Notes under the pieces: model-generated | Seen by the model: the letters and a program-made list of their open reading frames with translations, nothing else | Database searches by the model: none | What the model was told of the DNA's origin: nothing | Part shown: one piece after another, positions 40,975 through 51,015 of the stretch | How the letters are laid out: each line of letters opens with the position of its first letter | Numbering within the stretch: the first letter of the stretch is position 1 | Made by a program: the position numbers and the translations under genes | Source: an uncultured Planctomycetaceae bacterium | GTDB lineage: Bacteria; Planctomycetota; Planctomycetia; Planctomycetales; Planctomycetaceae | Reading direction: 5' to 3' | Length of the DNA stretch: 64,000 bases | NCBI GenBank assembly: GCA_963815195.1 | Contig: CAWFGE010000024.1 | Location: 32,001 to 96,000, forward strand

Positions 40975-41738
40975 GGTGACACCTTCTGCAGAGTTTGCGG
41001 TTCCCTGACACGGTTCGCGGCTTGCGTCTCGGCCAGTTCAAGACGGCTTGGCCGCGGTCCCTCCGCGGGGACGAGAAGTCCTTCTTTCATGGTGAGTATG
41101 CGATCGGCCATGGGGTAGATTCGCGAATCATGCGTGACCACGAGGACGGTTTTGCCCATTTCCGCGCACAGCGTCTTGAGGAGGGTCATCGCGGTTTGGC
41201 CGGACTCCGAATCCAGGGAGGCGGTGGGCTCATCCGCGAGAATTAGCTCTGGGCTGCCAACTAAGGCGCGAGCCAAGGCCACACGCTGTCGTTGCCCCAT
41301 GCTGAGTTGCGAGATCTGATAGTTGGCGCGGTCGGCCAGGCCCACGGCGTCAAGGATCTTAAGCGACTCGCGTTTGCTGGCCCTGCCGGATCGCCCCAAC
41401 AACCGCAGAGTGACTTGGACGTTTTCCCAGGCATTGAGGCCGGCGAACAAGTGAAATCGTTGGAAGACGAAGCCCAGATTTTCCCGGCGGAATCGCGATT
41501 GATTCTTGGGCTTGAGCCGCGAGACATCCTGCCCGAGCAGTTCCAGATGACCGCTGTCGGGGGAGAGAATGCACCCCAGAATGGAGAGCAGCGTGGTCTT
41601 GCCGCTGCCGGAGGGGCCCACCAGGAACACGCATTCCCCGCGTTCAATCGTGAGATTGACATCCCGCAAGACCGGGGTGACGGTGGACCCGTTGCGATAG
41701 GACTTTCGAAGATGAGATGCCTGGGCGATTACTGTCAT
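40971..41738 (-). CDS. ABC transporter ATP-binding protein (LolD/DevA-like)
   Basis: GPSGSGKTT, GFVFQ, LSMGQRQRVALARAL, ILADEPT and VTHD. Confidence 0.95.
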   Translation of the reverse strand: MTVIAQASHLRKSYRNGSTVTPVLRDVNLTIERGECVFLVGPSGSGKTTLLSILGCILSPDSGHLELLGQDVSRLKPKNQSRFRRENLGFVFQRFHLFAGLNAWENVQVTLRLLGRSGRASKRESLKILDAVGLADRANYQISQLSMGQRQRVALARALVGSPELILADEPTASLDSESGQTAMTLLKTLCAEMGKTVLVVTHDSRIYPMADRILTMKEGLLVPAEGPRPSRLELAETQAANRVREPQTLQKVSP

Positions 41739-41744
41739 TGTTCG

Positions 41745-42866
41745 CTATCCCTGTAAGACCATCATCGGGTCCACTTTTCGAATTCGCCGCAGGGGCAGCA
41801 TGGCTCCCAAAAAGCAAATGCAAAACACCAACAGGATTCCCCCGATCATCAACGCCGGCGGTATTTCAATGGGGGCCAAGGTGACGTTCCATGTTCGCCG
41901 AATTGCCAAAACCAATCCGGTCCCCAACAGGGAACCGATCGTCGCCACGGTCAGCGCTTGAATGAAGACCACTTGCGAAATGCTGCCGTGCTCTGCCCCC
42001 ATCGCGCGGAGGGTGGCGTAATCAGAAAGGTGATCTAATGCCAGGGCGTATAAGCTTTGCCCGACCATCACCAATCCGACGAGCAACCCCATCAACGTGG
42101 AGGCCCCAAAACTGATGCCAATTCCCGTGCGCTTCATCCAATAATCTTTCGAGATGCCGCGAAACTGATCGGCCGTGTAAACATCCAAATCGGGGAGTTG
42201 CCGGCGGATATGCTCCGCGAGTTGGGGAATGTCGACATTGTCGGCCGCCTTCACCAGGAAATAGTGGCAGTAACCGTCAGGCACTCGCGAATACTGCCGG
42301 GCTGAGTCGAGATTGGTGAAAACGATAGGGGTCGTCATGAAGCCCAACATCCCATCGGTCTTAGCGGCGACCTTTGCCCGGAGGCCGTTGATTTCAATGA
42401 CATCTCCCAGGTCGGCATTCCCCAGCTTTCGGCGGTCTTGCTCGTCGATGCTGATTCGGTCTGCTGCCACAAGATCCTCTGCCGAACCTGCGATGAAGTT
42501 TGGGGCACCGAGCCATGTCCCCGAATCACAGCCGATGACCCAGACATCCTCGTAGCCCCCATTGGGGAGCGTGGCCGTGCCCTTCCCCACGATGTAGGGA
42601 TCGGCTTGTTGAACTCCCGAAAGCCCTTTGATTCGCGAGAGTTGCGTGATGTGGATTTCTTTGGGGAGATCCACATTTTCCACCAGGCGATGCCCAATCC
42701 ACAGATCGGCATCCGCCACGTTGATTAACAGGCTGGCGCGATCCATTAGTCCAAAGTACAACCCGCCCTGGACGTTGACGAGCACTAATGAAAACACGAC
42801 CCCAATCACCGCCACCAACAGCTTGCCGCGATCGGAGAATAATGTTTTGAAGGCGAAACGGCTCAT
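41745..42866 (-). CDS. ABC transporter permease (FtsX/MacB/DevC-like)
   Basis: One N-terminal TM, periplasmic domain, three C-terminal TMs; YATLRAMGA and RRIRKVDP. Confidence 0.92.
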   Translation of the reverse strand: MSRFAFKTLFSDRGKLLVAVIGVVFSLVLVNVQGGLYFGLMDRASLLINVADADLWIGHRLVENVDLPKEIHITQLSRIKGLSGVQQADPYIVGKGTATLPNGGYEDVWVIGCDSGTWLGAPNFIAGSAEDLVAADRISIDEQDRRKLGNADLGDVIEINGLRAKVAAKTDGMLGFMTTPIVFTNLDSARQYSRVPDGYCHYFLVKAADNVDIPQLAEHIRRQLPDLDVYTADQFRGISKDYWMKRTGIGISFGASTLMGLLVGLVMVGQSLYALALDHLSDYATLRAMGAEHGSISQVVFIQALTVATIGSLLGTGLVLAIRRTWNVTLAPIEIPPALMIGGILLVFCICFLGAMLPLRRIRKVDPMMVLQG

Positions 42867-44714
42867 TGTTTGAATTCCCAGTCCATCCGGCCCCGCGCAA
42901 ATACTGGAATCTTTGGAGGCGTTGTACAACAAGCATGGACCTCGCTGATCCGCAGACGGGGCAACGGGGCCACCTCATAAGTTGGCGCGTCGGAGGACAT
43001 AAAAGGAGTAAACGGAGGAATCTCTTCGCACGGAATGCGAAGCTCGATTACGCCGGGGCGATCGGCTTGCTCAAGGTATTCCCGCAAGCTGCTGCTCAAT
43101 TGATCGATGGTGCCCGCCGACCCGACCCATAACTGATCGGACGCCCCCAGGCCACGGGCCATGTCCGCGATGGAAACAGCGGGATATTGCGAACCTTCGA
43201 TGCGGCCTTTGAAGTAAAGCTGTTGCCGCGTGACGCACATGCCATGCATGCCGTTGTTGAAAACCACAAAGAGGATCGGCAACTGGTAATGAACGGCGGT
43301 GTTGACCTCGGTGCCCAGCATCAGGAAGGCACCATCGCCGCAGAAGACCATGGTTCGAGAGTCGGGGGCCGACCCCATCTGGGCACCGACGGCGGCCGGA
43401 ATAGCGTAGCCCATTCCGCCCATTCCCAAGGCGATCGTGGTGCTGACGGCACGAGGTATTCGCAGGTAATGCAGTGCCGCCGCCGCGCAGTTGCCCGCGT
43501 CGAACACGACGCGGCCCGTCTCTGGCAGATAATCTTGAAGCACCTCCAGCGCCTCGCTTTGCCGCAGGTCATCGGGCAGGCCTTTCGCCAAGCGCGCAAA
43601 ACGCTTTGGGGCCAGTTCAGGCGCCATCCGCGCCGCGTACCGTCGGATGGGGACTGGGGGACAGTTTTTAAGGGCCGGGACGATTCGATCGCAGAGTTGA
43701 TTCAACTTTGAAAAGACAATTCCTTCATCCGCCTCAATCACAATCGCGGGCGTGGCGACCCGCAGCACACGCCCCATTTCGACGTTCACAACGGCCAGGC
43801 GAGTCTGGCTTTAGCGCCTCTTGGATGGGCTGGGTCGTCATCACATCGAAATCCGTTCCCACCGCGACAATGAAATCGGCTTCCTCTCTGAGAAAGCGAT
43901 GCGCCGACGGCTCGCCGGCCACGCCCACCATGCCGATGTACAACGGGTCGTCGTTGGGAAACGAATTCTTGCTCGAAAGAGTCGTGGCCACGCGCACGCC
44001 CAGGCGATGCGCAACGTCGTGGACCGCGCCAGGATTCGTGCAACGATCCACGCCGCTGCCCAAAAGCAGTACCGGGGCATGGGCGTCTCGAATCGCGGCG
44101 AACAGATCGCCGACTTCTTCGACCGAGACATCGCGCGGACAGATAAAGTCCGCCACTCGGTCCGGCAGCCAGGCGGGTCGTGGTCCCACTTCGCAGTCAA
44201 AGAGATCGCGGGGGATCATCAATACCGACGGTCCAGGTCGGCCGTTTAAGGAGTCGGAGACGGCCGATTTCAGGCATGGCCAGAATTGGTCCGAGTCGCT
44301 GATGGTCGCCCGATACTTGGTGATGGCCGACCACAGCCTGTCCGCGTTGACCGTGCGGCCGATGCCCGACGAGTCTTGAAAGGCACCTCGTCCGTGCAGT
44401 TTGGTCGGCGGCTGGCCGACGAGGGCCAACACGGGAATCGACTCGGCGAATGATTCCGCGATGCCAACCGCCAGGTTCATCATCCCGCCGCCTGACGTGG
44501 CGCAGCAAACGCCCAGCGTGCGATGTGTCCGCGACCGGCAATCGGCCATGAACGCCGCGCCGATCTCCGATTTGGCGCATACGGTCTGGAATCTTCCGCG
44601 GCCGAGCCGATGGACCGCATCGTAAACGTGTTCGATGTTCGCACCACCCACGCCGAAGACATATTCCAAGTTCCAGTCACGCAGCGTTGAAACGAGGGCA
44701 TCCGCCAGTTTCAT
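42863..44714 (-). CDS. Thiamine-diphosphate-dependent enzyme (acetolactate/acyloin synthase-like); frameshift near 43790
   Basis: VFGVGG, SE.GAAFMAD, TSGGG..N, GMGGMG and GDGAF..(24 aa)..NN ThDP motif; AAGGAG RBS. Confidence 0.9.
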
Positions 44715-44792
44715 CGTCAAAACTCCTTCATGAGGCTTCTCTCGGTCGAGAGTTGGTTTCCCGAAAACGTCATCAATCCTTGCCTTCGAGAG

Positions 44793-45800
44793 TCACGCGC
44801 GACGTCGGTTCCAGTGGATGACGGCGGCCGCAGCCAAGTCTCCGGCATGGGCGAATCCGCCCAGAACCAGGTGACTGTCACGCTGCAACTGCCCGGTGTC
44901 GACGGCTTCTTCCAGGCAGATCGGCAGAGCCGCGCCAAACAGATTTCCGTGCCGCTCAAAGGTTGAAACGTGCCTTTCCGCGGGCAGCTCGATCGCTTCG
45001 CGCCAGTTTCGCAGGAAGATGCGGTTGGGCTGATTTGTGATGAGCGTTCCGATCTGGTTGGTCGGCAGCTCGGCTTGCCGGCACGCTTCCCGGATGGCCT
45101 CGGGAACGATGCGATTGGCTCGGCCCATGATGTGGGCCAGCTTGGCCTCAGTGAAATCGACGTACGTGCAAGAAAGACTTGGCTCCCACCACTGGCTGTG
45201 GTCGTCGCGAACCACAGCCATGTCCCCGGCATACTCGCAATAGTTTCGTTGAACGATTGCCTTGACCGGTGATTCCTCCGAAGCCACCACCCAGGCCACG
45301 CCGCAGCCATCGCCAGGAATCCGCGCCTGTTTCAGCTTGCGGGTCTCTTCTTGCGCGAAAAGACGGCCGGCGGCGTTCTGCACGTTGCATAGCAACGCCG
45401 TCTTCACGCCGTGGCAGGTCATCAACATCTGCGCCTGGGCCAGCATCTGAATAAACGAAACGCAGCCGCCGTTGTGCAGATCAATGATCCAGTCCGGGCG
45501 ACAACCCAGCGCCCGGCCGACCTCGGCCCCAGAGCCCGTGAAGGGCTGGTCCGGGGTGGTGACGTTGGTAATCAAAATCTCGACGTCGCGTTTCAGGTCG
45601 ATATTCAGGCGATCGGCCAGCTTGCGCGAGGCCTGGACGATCATCGCCGCGCAGGTCTCATCCCTCGCGACGTGATGTCGTTGTTTCACGCCGCGAAACA
45701 GAGGATGCGTTTGTTCCTCCCCAGGCTGCATGAAGAATGAGTTGTCGACGACTTGCCGCGGCAGGTAACTGGCCGCGCCGACCAGGCTGATCGTTTTCAT
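44793..45800 (-). CDS. 3-oxoacyl-ACP synthase III (FabH-like) condensing enzyme with atypical active site
   Basis: SYLP, GGCVSF (catalytic Cys), PGDG, TNQPN in place of PHQAN, GNLFGA. Confidence 0.88.
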   Translation of the reverse strand: MKTISLVGAASYLPRQVVDNSFFMQPGEEQTHPLFRGVKQRHHVARDETCAAMIVQASRKLADRLNIDLKRDVEILITNVTTPDQPFTGSGAEVGRALGCRPDWIIDLHNGGCVSFIQMLAQAQMLMTCHGVKTALLCNVQNAAGRLFAQEETRKLKQARIPGDGCGVAWVVASEESPVKAIVQRNYCEYAGDMAVVRDDHSQWWEPSLSCTYVDFTEAKLAHIMGRANRIVPEAIREACRQAELPTNQIGTLITNQPNRIFLRNWREAIELPAERHVSTFERHGNLFGAALPICLEEAVDTGQLQRDSHLVLGGFAHAGDLAAAAVIHWNRRRA

Positions 45801-46438
45801 GGCCGGCCTCCCATCGTCATGGGCAACCCCTGGGCATGCCGGTATTCGAGAATGTGCTTGAGGTTCTCCAGCTCGATCCTGTGCCCGGCGTAGAAGAAGG
45901 GCCACATGTCCCCCACCCAGACCTTGCGGCCGGCCGGGGCCAGTTCGGGAAACGGATTGTTGTCGTAGAAGGGGTGCCGGCAGTTCGCCCAAAACACGAC
46001 ACAACCGGGCCGACCCAAGACCAGGGATGCGGGCACGATCCGCATCAGGTAGATCATCCACAGGTGCGTGCCCTGGTCCCAGGCACAGTGATAATCGACC
46101 GTCATGGCCTCCCGGTTGGAGGTCACTTTGGTGTAGATCTTCGTGGCACCACCGATGCGGTCCGTGGCGATGACCATCCCGTCTTCCGACATCTCCGTGA
46201 AGTCGCGGAGACTGTAGGTCCACTCCTGCAGGGTATAGACATCCGCCAGGTAGTCGAACGCGTTCTCCGGAGGGCAGTTCACGTATTCCTGGATCGCGCA
46301 ATAATCGCCATAGACTTCGTCATGGGGGTAGACCGAGTGGGTCATTTCCATCGCCAAGCTGGTCAATCGATCCTTTGTGCAATTCTCGATTCGGTGGACG
46401 CCAGGCAACCGATCCAGGTCGTGTAGTACGGCCGTCAT
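45797..46438 (-). CDS. SRPBCC/START-fold protein (possible cyclase)
   Basis: YVNCPPENAFDYLAD...L.EWT helix-grip N-terminus and C-terminal 'H.IELENLK.ILE' helix; GGAG RBS; ATGA overlap with KAS III. Confidence 0.8.
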   Translation of the reverse strand: MTAVLHDLDRLPGVHRIENCTKDRLTSLAMEMTHSVYPHDEVYGDYCAIQEYVNCPPENAFDYLADVYTLQEWTYSLRDFTEMSEDGMVIATDRIGGATKIYTKVTSNREAMTVDYHCAWDQGTHLWMIYLMRIVPASLVLGRPGCVVFWANCRHPFYDNNPFPELAPAGRKVWVGDMWPFFYAGHRIELENLKHILEYRHAQGLPMTMGGRP

Positions 46439-47141
46439 GTCAAGCTCCGTTGCGTGAGTGATGCGAAACAGTAGGGATTTGGCAAACTCGCCGGCAAAAA
46501 AACGCCTGCGTTCTGGATCTGGGACCGGTATGCTCAATCGGCTGAGTAGCGATCATTTGATCTCCGCTCGCCGTGGAGTCGCGTTGCTTCCCACACGAGA
46601 TAGATTGCACTCCACTCGGCAAACAGGACAAATTTGAGTCGCATTTTTGGGGCCGCAATGGGGACCGAGCGGTGTACGCCACAGTCGATCCAACACCCCT
46701 GTGATGTTGAGAGATCCCTCGCAATTGGGGCTAGGACTCACTTTACGAGTTGACAACGAGCTCTCTTGGCAAGCGGGTTGGAATCGGAAATCCCAGATCC
46801 GCCTCGGCTCCAAACACACCATGTCGCGTGAAGACGTGATTCGTCAGCTCGTGCGGCGGCTTGTTCCAACCCCCGTTCGTTTTCCGGGACTTGGGCGTTT
46901 AGTTCGAGGGCCTCTGGCCCTTTGATTCGAATGATTGGCAGATTCGCGGGCCGCGGCGCATGCGCAGGGATTTGTATTCCCCGCGATCCACAGTCGCCAA
47001 ATCCCACACAAATTTCATGGCTGATCGGGATCCGCATCTCAGAGAATGAATTTTGTGCCATGAGCGGATTGAATTCCGCCAGTATTTGGGTTTCAATGAC
47101 TGTTGGTGTGCATTCGGCTACCCGCAAACCTGGAGGGCCTG

Positions 47142-49367
47142 ATGACGGGTGCGGAAGGTCAGGGAACATCTCAATCTTCGCGCAATCAGCGCATCGAGGC
47201 CATCCGAGCGGATTTTGAAAAAGCTTGGACAGGCGCGCAGAGTTTGCAGATTGAGGAACTGCTCGCCGTGGCTCCCGAAGCTGAACGGGGCGATCTTCTT
47301 CGGGCACTCGTTCGGACCGAAATCCTCTTGAGACAACGAGACGGGATTCTTTGGCAGAAGTCGGAATACCAGAATCGGTTTCCGGGTTTTCGAGAGGAAA
47401 TTGACTGCCTTTTCCATGAACTTGGCACCTCCTCAACCGTCTTCCATTCGCTGTCCCTGTCCAGCACGATCGAAGGCGGGTCCGCGTCATCAGTTGCCGA
47501 TGACCTGTTTCCCAATGTGGGTCGGTATCAGATCAAGTCCGTCTTGGGACGGGGCAGTTTCGGCCGCGTGTTTCTCGCGCACGACGATGAGTTGGGCCGG
47601 AACGTGGCCGTCAAGATTCCCCACAAGCACTTGATCGCGACGCAAGCGGATATCGATCTCTACATGGCCGAGGCCCGGATCCTGGCCAGCTTGGATCATC
47701 CGGGCATTGTTCCCGTTTACGACGTCGGCCGGACGGACGATGGGCTTTGCTATGTGGTCTCCAAATTCATCGAAGGCGAATCTCTTGCCGAGCGGATGGG
47801 AAAGGTGCGATTTCCCTTCGAGCAATCCGCCGAGCTGGTCGGGGCCATCTCCCAGGCACTGCATTACGCGCATTCGAAGGGACTGGTCCATCGTGACGTC
47901 AAGCCGGCGAATATCCTGCTCGATCAAAACGATTGTCCCTATGTCGCCGACTTCGGGCTCGCCCTCCAAGAAGCGGATTGGACGCCGGCGGTCCAGGTTG
48001 TGGGAACCCCCTCTTACATGAGCCCGGAACAGGCGCGGGGGGAAGGCCACATGGTGGATGGGCGGGCCGACATTTTCAGTCTTTGCATCATTTTCTATGA
48101 ACTCCTTGCCGGCAGGCGGCCGTTTTTGGGATCGAACCGCAGCGACTTACTGGCGATGATCCAAAAGCAGGAGGCCCGCCCGCCGAGGCAAGTCGACGAT
48201 TCGATTCCTCCCGAACTGGAACGTATCTGCCTAAAAGGGCTTCAACAGCGGGTTTCCGACCGCTATTCCACGGCCCTGGACCTGTCCCGAGATTTGCAGG
48301 ACTGGCTGACGGAATGCCAAACAGCCCCGATCGAAAAACGCCCCGCTGCGCCATCCAATCCAAAAATCGACGCGCCCGCGCCGGCCCCAAAGATCGTCCC
48401 GAAGGGGCTTCGATCGTTTGATCTTCAGGATGCCGAGTTCTTTTTGGAACTTTTGCCGGGACCGCGGGACCGCTACGGGATTCCGGATTCCATCCGGTTT
48501 TGGAAAACCGCCATCGAAGAGACGGATACGGACCGGACGTTTCGGGTCGGGCTCCTATACGGGCCGAGCGGGTGCGGCAAGTCCTCCTTCATGAAGGCGG
48601 GGCTACAGCCCTTGCTGTCCGCGGCCGTGCTGTCGATTCCTGGTTTTCGTGAGCCGATCAACTCGTTTACGCATTTGATTGCTGCCATCATCTTTCTGGG
48701 GCTTGCGATCGTTCTGCTTCGGCGAAGTCAGGGACATGCTGGGCGAAAGTTTGCCTTGGGCATCTTCGGTTGTTCCAGCGTGCTGTTGCTTTCGACGAGC
48801 GGCATCTATCACATGCTCTGGCCGGGAAACGACCGGGACCTCATGGAGCGGATGGACGTGGCCGCAATCTTTATTCTCATTGCCGGCACGTTCACGCCCG
48901 CCTATGCCATTTTATATCGAGGGCTCGTCCGTTTTTGTCTGCTCTCGCTGATCTGGGGAACGGCGATTTTCGGGATTGCGCTGCGAATGATGTTCTATGC
49001 GTCCCTTTCGGGGTGGGCGGGGACAATAGTCTTTCTGATCTTTGGATGGATTGGCGCCATTTCCGCGGTCAATCTCTGGAAACGATATTCCTTCACCTTC
49101 ATTCGGCCTTTGGTTTGGGGCGGATTGGCCTACACCTGCGGCGCACTGCTCTTGGAGTTTCATTGGCCCACGCTGATCCCCCGAGTCCTCGGTCCCCACG
49201 AACTTTGGCATTTCGCGGTGCTGATCGGACTTAGCTTCCATTGGCAATTTGTCTGGCAATTCGCCAACGGGCCGCCCGAGCTTGTTTTCTACGACGGCGT
49301 CCCTCGGGCGTCCCATTCTCCCCCGATGGCCCTCTCGAAGGAAACGGCTTCTGAGTCCCTTCCGTGA
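47142..49367 (+). CDS. Chimeric protein: Ser/Thr kinase + truncated STAND-like P-loop NTPase + complete hemolysin III/PAQR domain (copy 2)
   Basis: GRGSFG, HRDVKPAN, DFGLA, GTPSYMSPEQ; 'PKGLRSFD..DA.FF' and GPSGCGKSS; then in frame SIPGFREPINSFTH..., matching the gene at 6226. Confidence 0.88.
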   Translation: MTGAEGQGTSQSSRNQRIEAIRADFEKAWTGAQSLQIEELLAVAPEAERGDLLRALVRTEILLRQRDGILWQKSEYQNRFPGFREEIDCLFHELGTSSTVFHSLSLSSTIEGGSASSVADDLFPNVGRYQIKSVLGRGSFGRVFLAHDDELGRNVAVKIPHKHLIATQADIDLYMAEARILASLDHPGIVPVYDVGRTDDGLCYVVSKFIEGESLAERMGKVRFPFEQSAELVGAISQALHYAHSKGLVHRDVKPANILLDQNDCPYVADFGLALQEADWTPAVQVVGTPSYMSPEQARGEGHMVDGRADIFSLCIIFYELLAGRRPFLGSNRSDLLAMIQKQEARPPRQVDDSIPPELERICLKGLQQRVSDRYSTALDLSRDLQDWLTECQTAPIEKRPAAPSNPKIDAPAPAPKIVPKGLRSFDLQDAEFFLELLPGPRDRYGIPDSIRFWKTAIEETDTDRTFRVGLLYGPSGCGKSSFMKAGLQPLLSAAVLSIPGFREPINSFTHLIAAIIFLGLAIVLLRRSQGHAGRKFALGIFGCSSVLLLSTSGIYHMLWPGNDRDLMERMDVAAIFILIAGTFTPAYAILYRGLVRFCLLSLIWGTAIFGIALRMMFYASLSGWAGTIVFLIFGWIGAISAVNLWKRYSFTFIRPLVWGGLAYTCGALLLEFHWPTLIPRVLGPHELWHFAVLIGLSFHWQFVWQFANGPPELVFYDGVPRASHSPPMALSKETASESLP

Positions 49368-49379
49368 ATCGGTCCGGGC

Positions 49380-49620
49380 TTGTCCCGTACGATCTTGTTC
49401 AGAATTTGCTTCGCCTGGTCGTCTTCATTTTGCCGGCGAAGGAACTTCATCAATCTCAAGAGCGGCAAGGCGTCGACCGGGGCCGCGGTCCGGCAGAGGT
49501 TGGCTTGATGCAGTTCCGTTTCGCTTAACGCGACAGCATCGGGACCCGCGAGCGGGAGCAAAATCTCTCCGCCCGGAGTTCCCAACCGAAACAAAGCCAG
49601 CGCAGGGCCGCCCGTCGCCG
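49380..49620 (-). pseudogene. Possible relic of a TPR-containing gene
   Basis: Helical TPR-like stretch 'DALPLLRLMKFLRRQNEDDQAKQILNKIVRDKP' that abuts the end of the duplicated hemolysin-III segment and has no clear start. Confidence 0.25.
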
Positions 49621-49982
49621 AAGAGCATCCGGAGATCCGCGGGGGCAGTTTCCCTTTCGCATCCAGACTGCTCCGTGTCGCGTCGATCGTTTTTGAAGAT
49701 CGGCAAATTGACTATCGATGCCAGCCACAGAGTTCCGCCGATCAGCCGCCGGGTTGCCAGCCCGGCGGCTGTTGATAGGGTTCAAATTGTCAAAGAGCAA
49801 TTGGGGCACGCGATCGTGCTCGACCGGCGACGCAATAAGACCGGGAAAACATGATGCGGCGACTCTTCCAACTTACGCATCGCAAAAGTACGCCGTCGGT
49901 TGGCTGTGTTGACGCAAATGTCGAGGGGGACCTCGGCCACTCTGCCGATGCCTCCTGAGATGTTTGCAGCGGCGGATGGGTA

Positions 49983-50459
49983 TCAAGGGGCGATTTCTTC
50001 GCCTTCTGGGATGCCTCCTCCTTGCTGGGTGGCCCGGGACTTCGCCGGTTTCGGCGGCTTTTTGGACTTTTGCGACTCGTGCTGCATCAAATGCAAAAGG
50101 CGGTCGACCTGCCGGGCAAATTTCAACTCGATTTCCATCGCGCCGCCGACTTTTTGGAACCGCTCGAGGGAGAGTTCCCCGGCGGCGAGGTGATTTTGAA
50201 TTGCCTGGTCCAACTGAGCGATGACCAGCATCATGCTGCCGGTCGTCGCACCGAGACTCGCATCGAACGGGTCCGCGGCCTGGAGCGCCTGATCCAGACA
50301 TTCGAGGGCGCGATTCACCCGTTGTTCGTGCCGGTTGGGCGGCGTCTCGGGAGTCGAGTCGCGGACCGCTTGCCGAGGCACGGCTTCCGGCCGGTCCGGG
50401 GGCTTGGCCGGTGAACGGTTCTGTGCGTTCGCCTTGTCGCGCGATGCGTGTTGGGTCAT
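49983..50459 (-). CDS. Hypothetical helical protein
   Basis: AGGAGA RBS + ATG 50459; amphipathic helices. Confidence 0.65.
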   Translation of the reverse strand: MTQHASRDKANAQNRSPAKPPDRPEAVPRQAVRDSTPETPPNRHEQRVNRALECLDQALQAADPFDASLGATTGSMMLVIAQLDQAIQNHLAAGELSLERFQKVGGAMEIELKFARQVDRLLHLMQHESQKSKKPPKPAKSRATQQGGGIPEGEEIAP

Positions 50460-51015
50460 CGGTGGTCTCCTGTTGAGGAACACGAGAAATAGGGCCGTCT
50501 TGGCCGACGGCGGGAAGGACTTCGCTTTGTGGAGGGTTTCTGTTGGCGTGCGACGTTCCGGACCGGCGGATCGCATAGCCGTGATAGTGATAGCCCCGCA
50601 TCCCGAGGATCGGTGCGAGGAGGCGTTTCGTCTCCCGCAGGACGCCCCGGGCCGCCCGTTCTTGTTCGGCGAGTCGGCGCTCCGTCCGGCGGACCTTCTG
50701 CAATTCGGCCAACTCGTTTTGCGCCTGGTGGGCGGTCGCGAGATCCGCGCCGAGATAGCGGACGACCTGCCGGCCCCCGCGACGAAACCGCAGCTTATAA
50801 TACCGCGTTCCGCCAACCCGGATGTCGGCGGACACGAATCCCTGCCGGGTGAGGGCCTGCCACTCCGCCTCCGTCAGCCGCAACCGTGCAAGGACGGGAA
50901 ATTGTCCGCGCTGTTTTTCATGGGCGGCGGTTAAGCCGAATCCGGCAGGCGCGGGAGAGGCGGCGCGGAGATGGAGATCGGTTGCGGGGCAAAAGGCTGG
51001 GAAATCTGCTGGCAT
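50460..51015 (-). CDS. Hypothetical basic protein (YYKLRFR..GRQ.VRYLG motif), possibly DNA-binding; ends uncertain
   Basis: The protein-like segment ends near GYHYHGYAIRR, but the frame stays open to 49873 over the next gene, suggesting a frameshift. Confidence 0.5.

Noticed and set aside
46440..47140. Riboswitch or ncRNA in the long divergent intergenic region
   Set aside because: No recognisable c-di-GMP, TPP, SAM or cobalamin consensus by eye; an Rfam/Infernal search would be needed.
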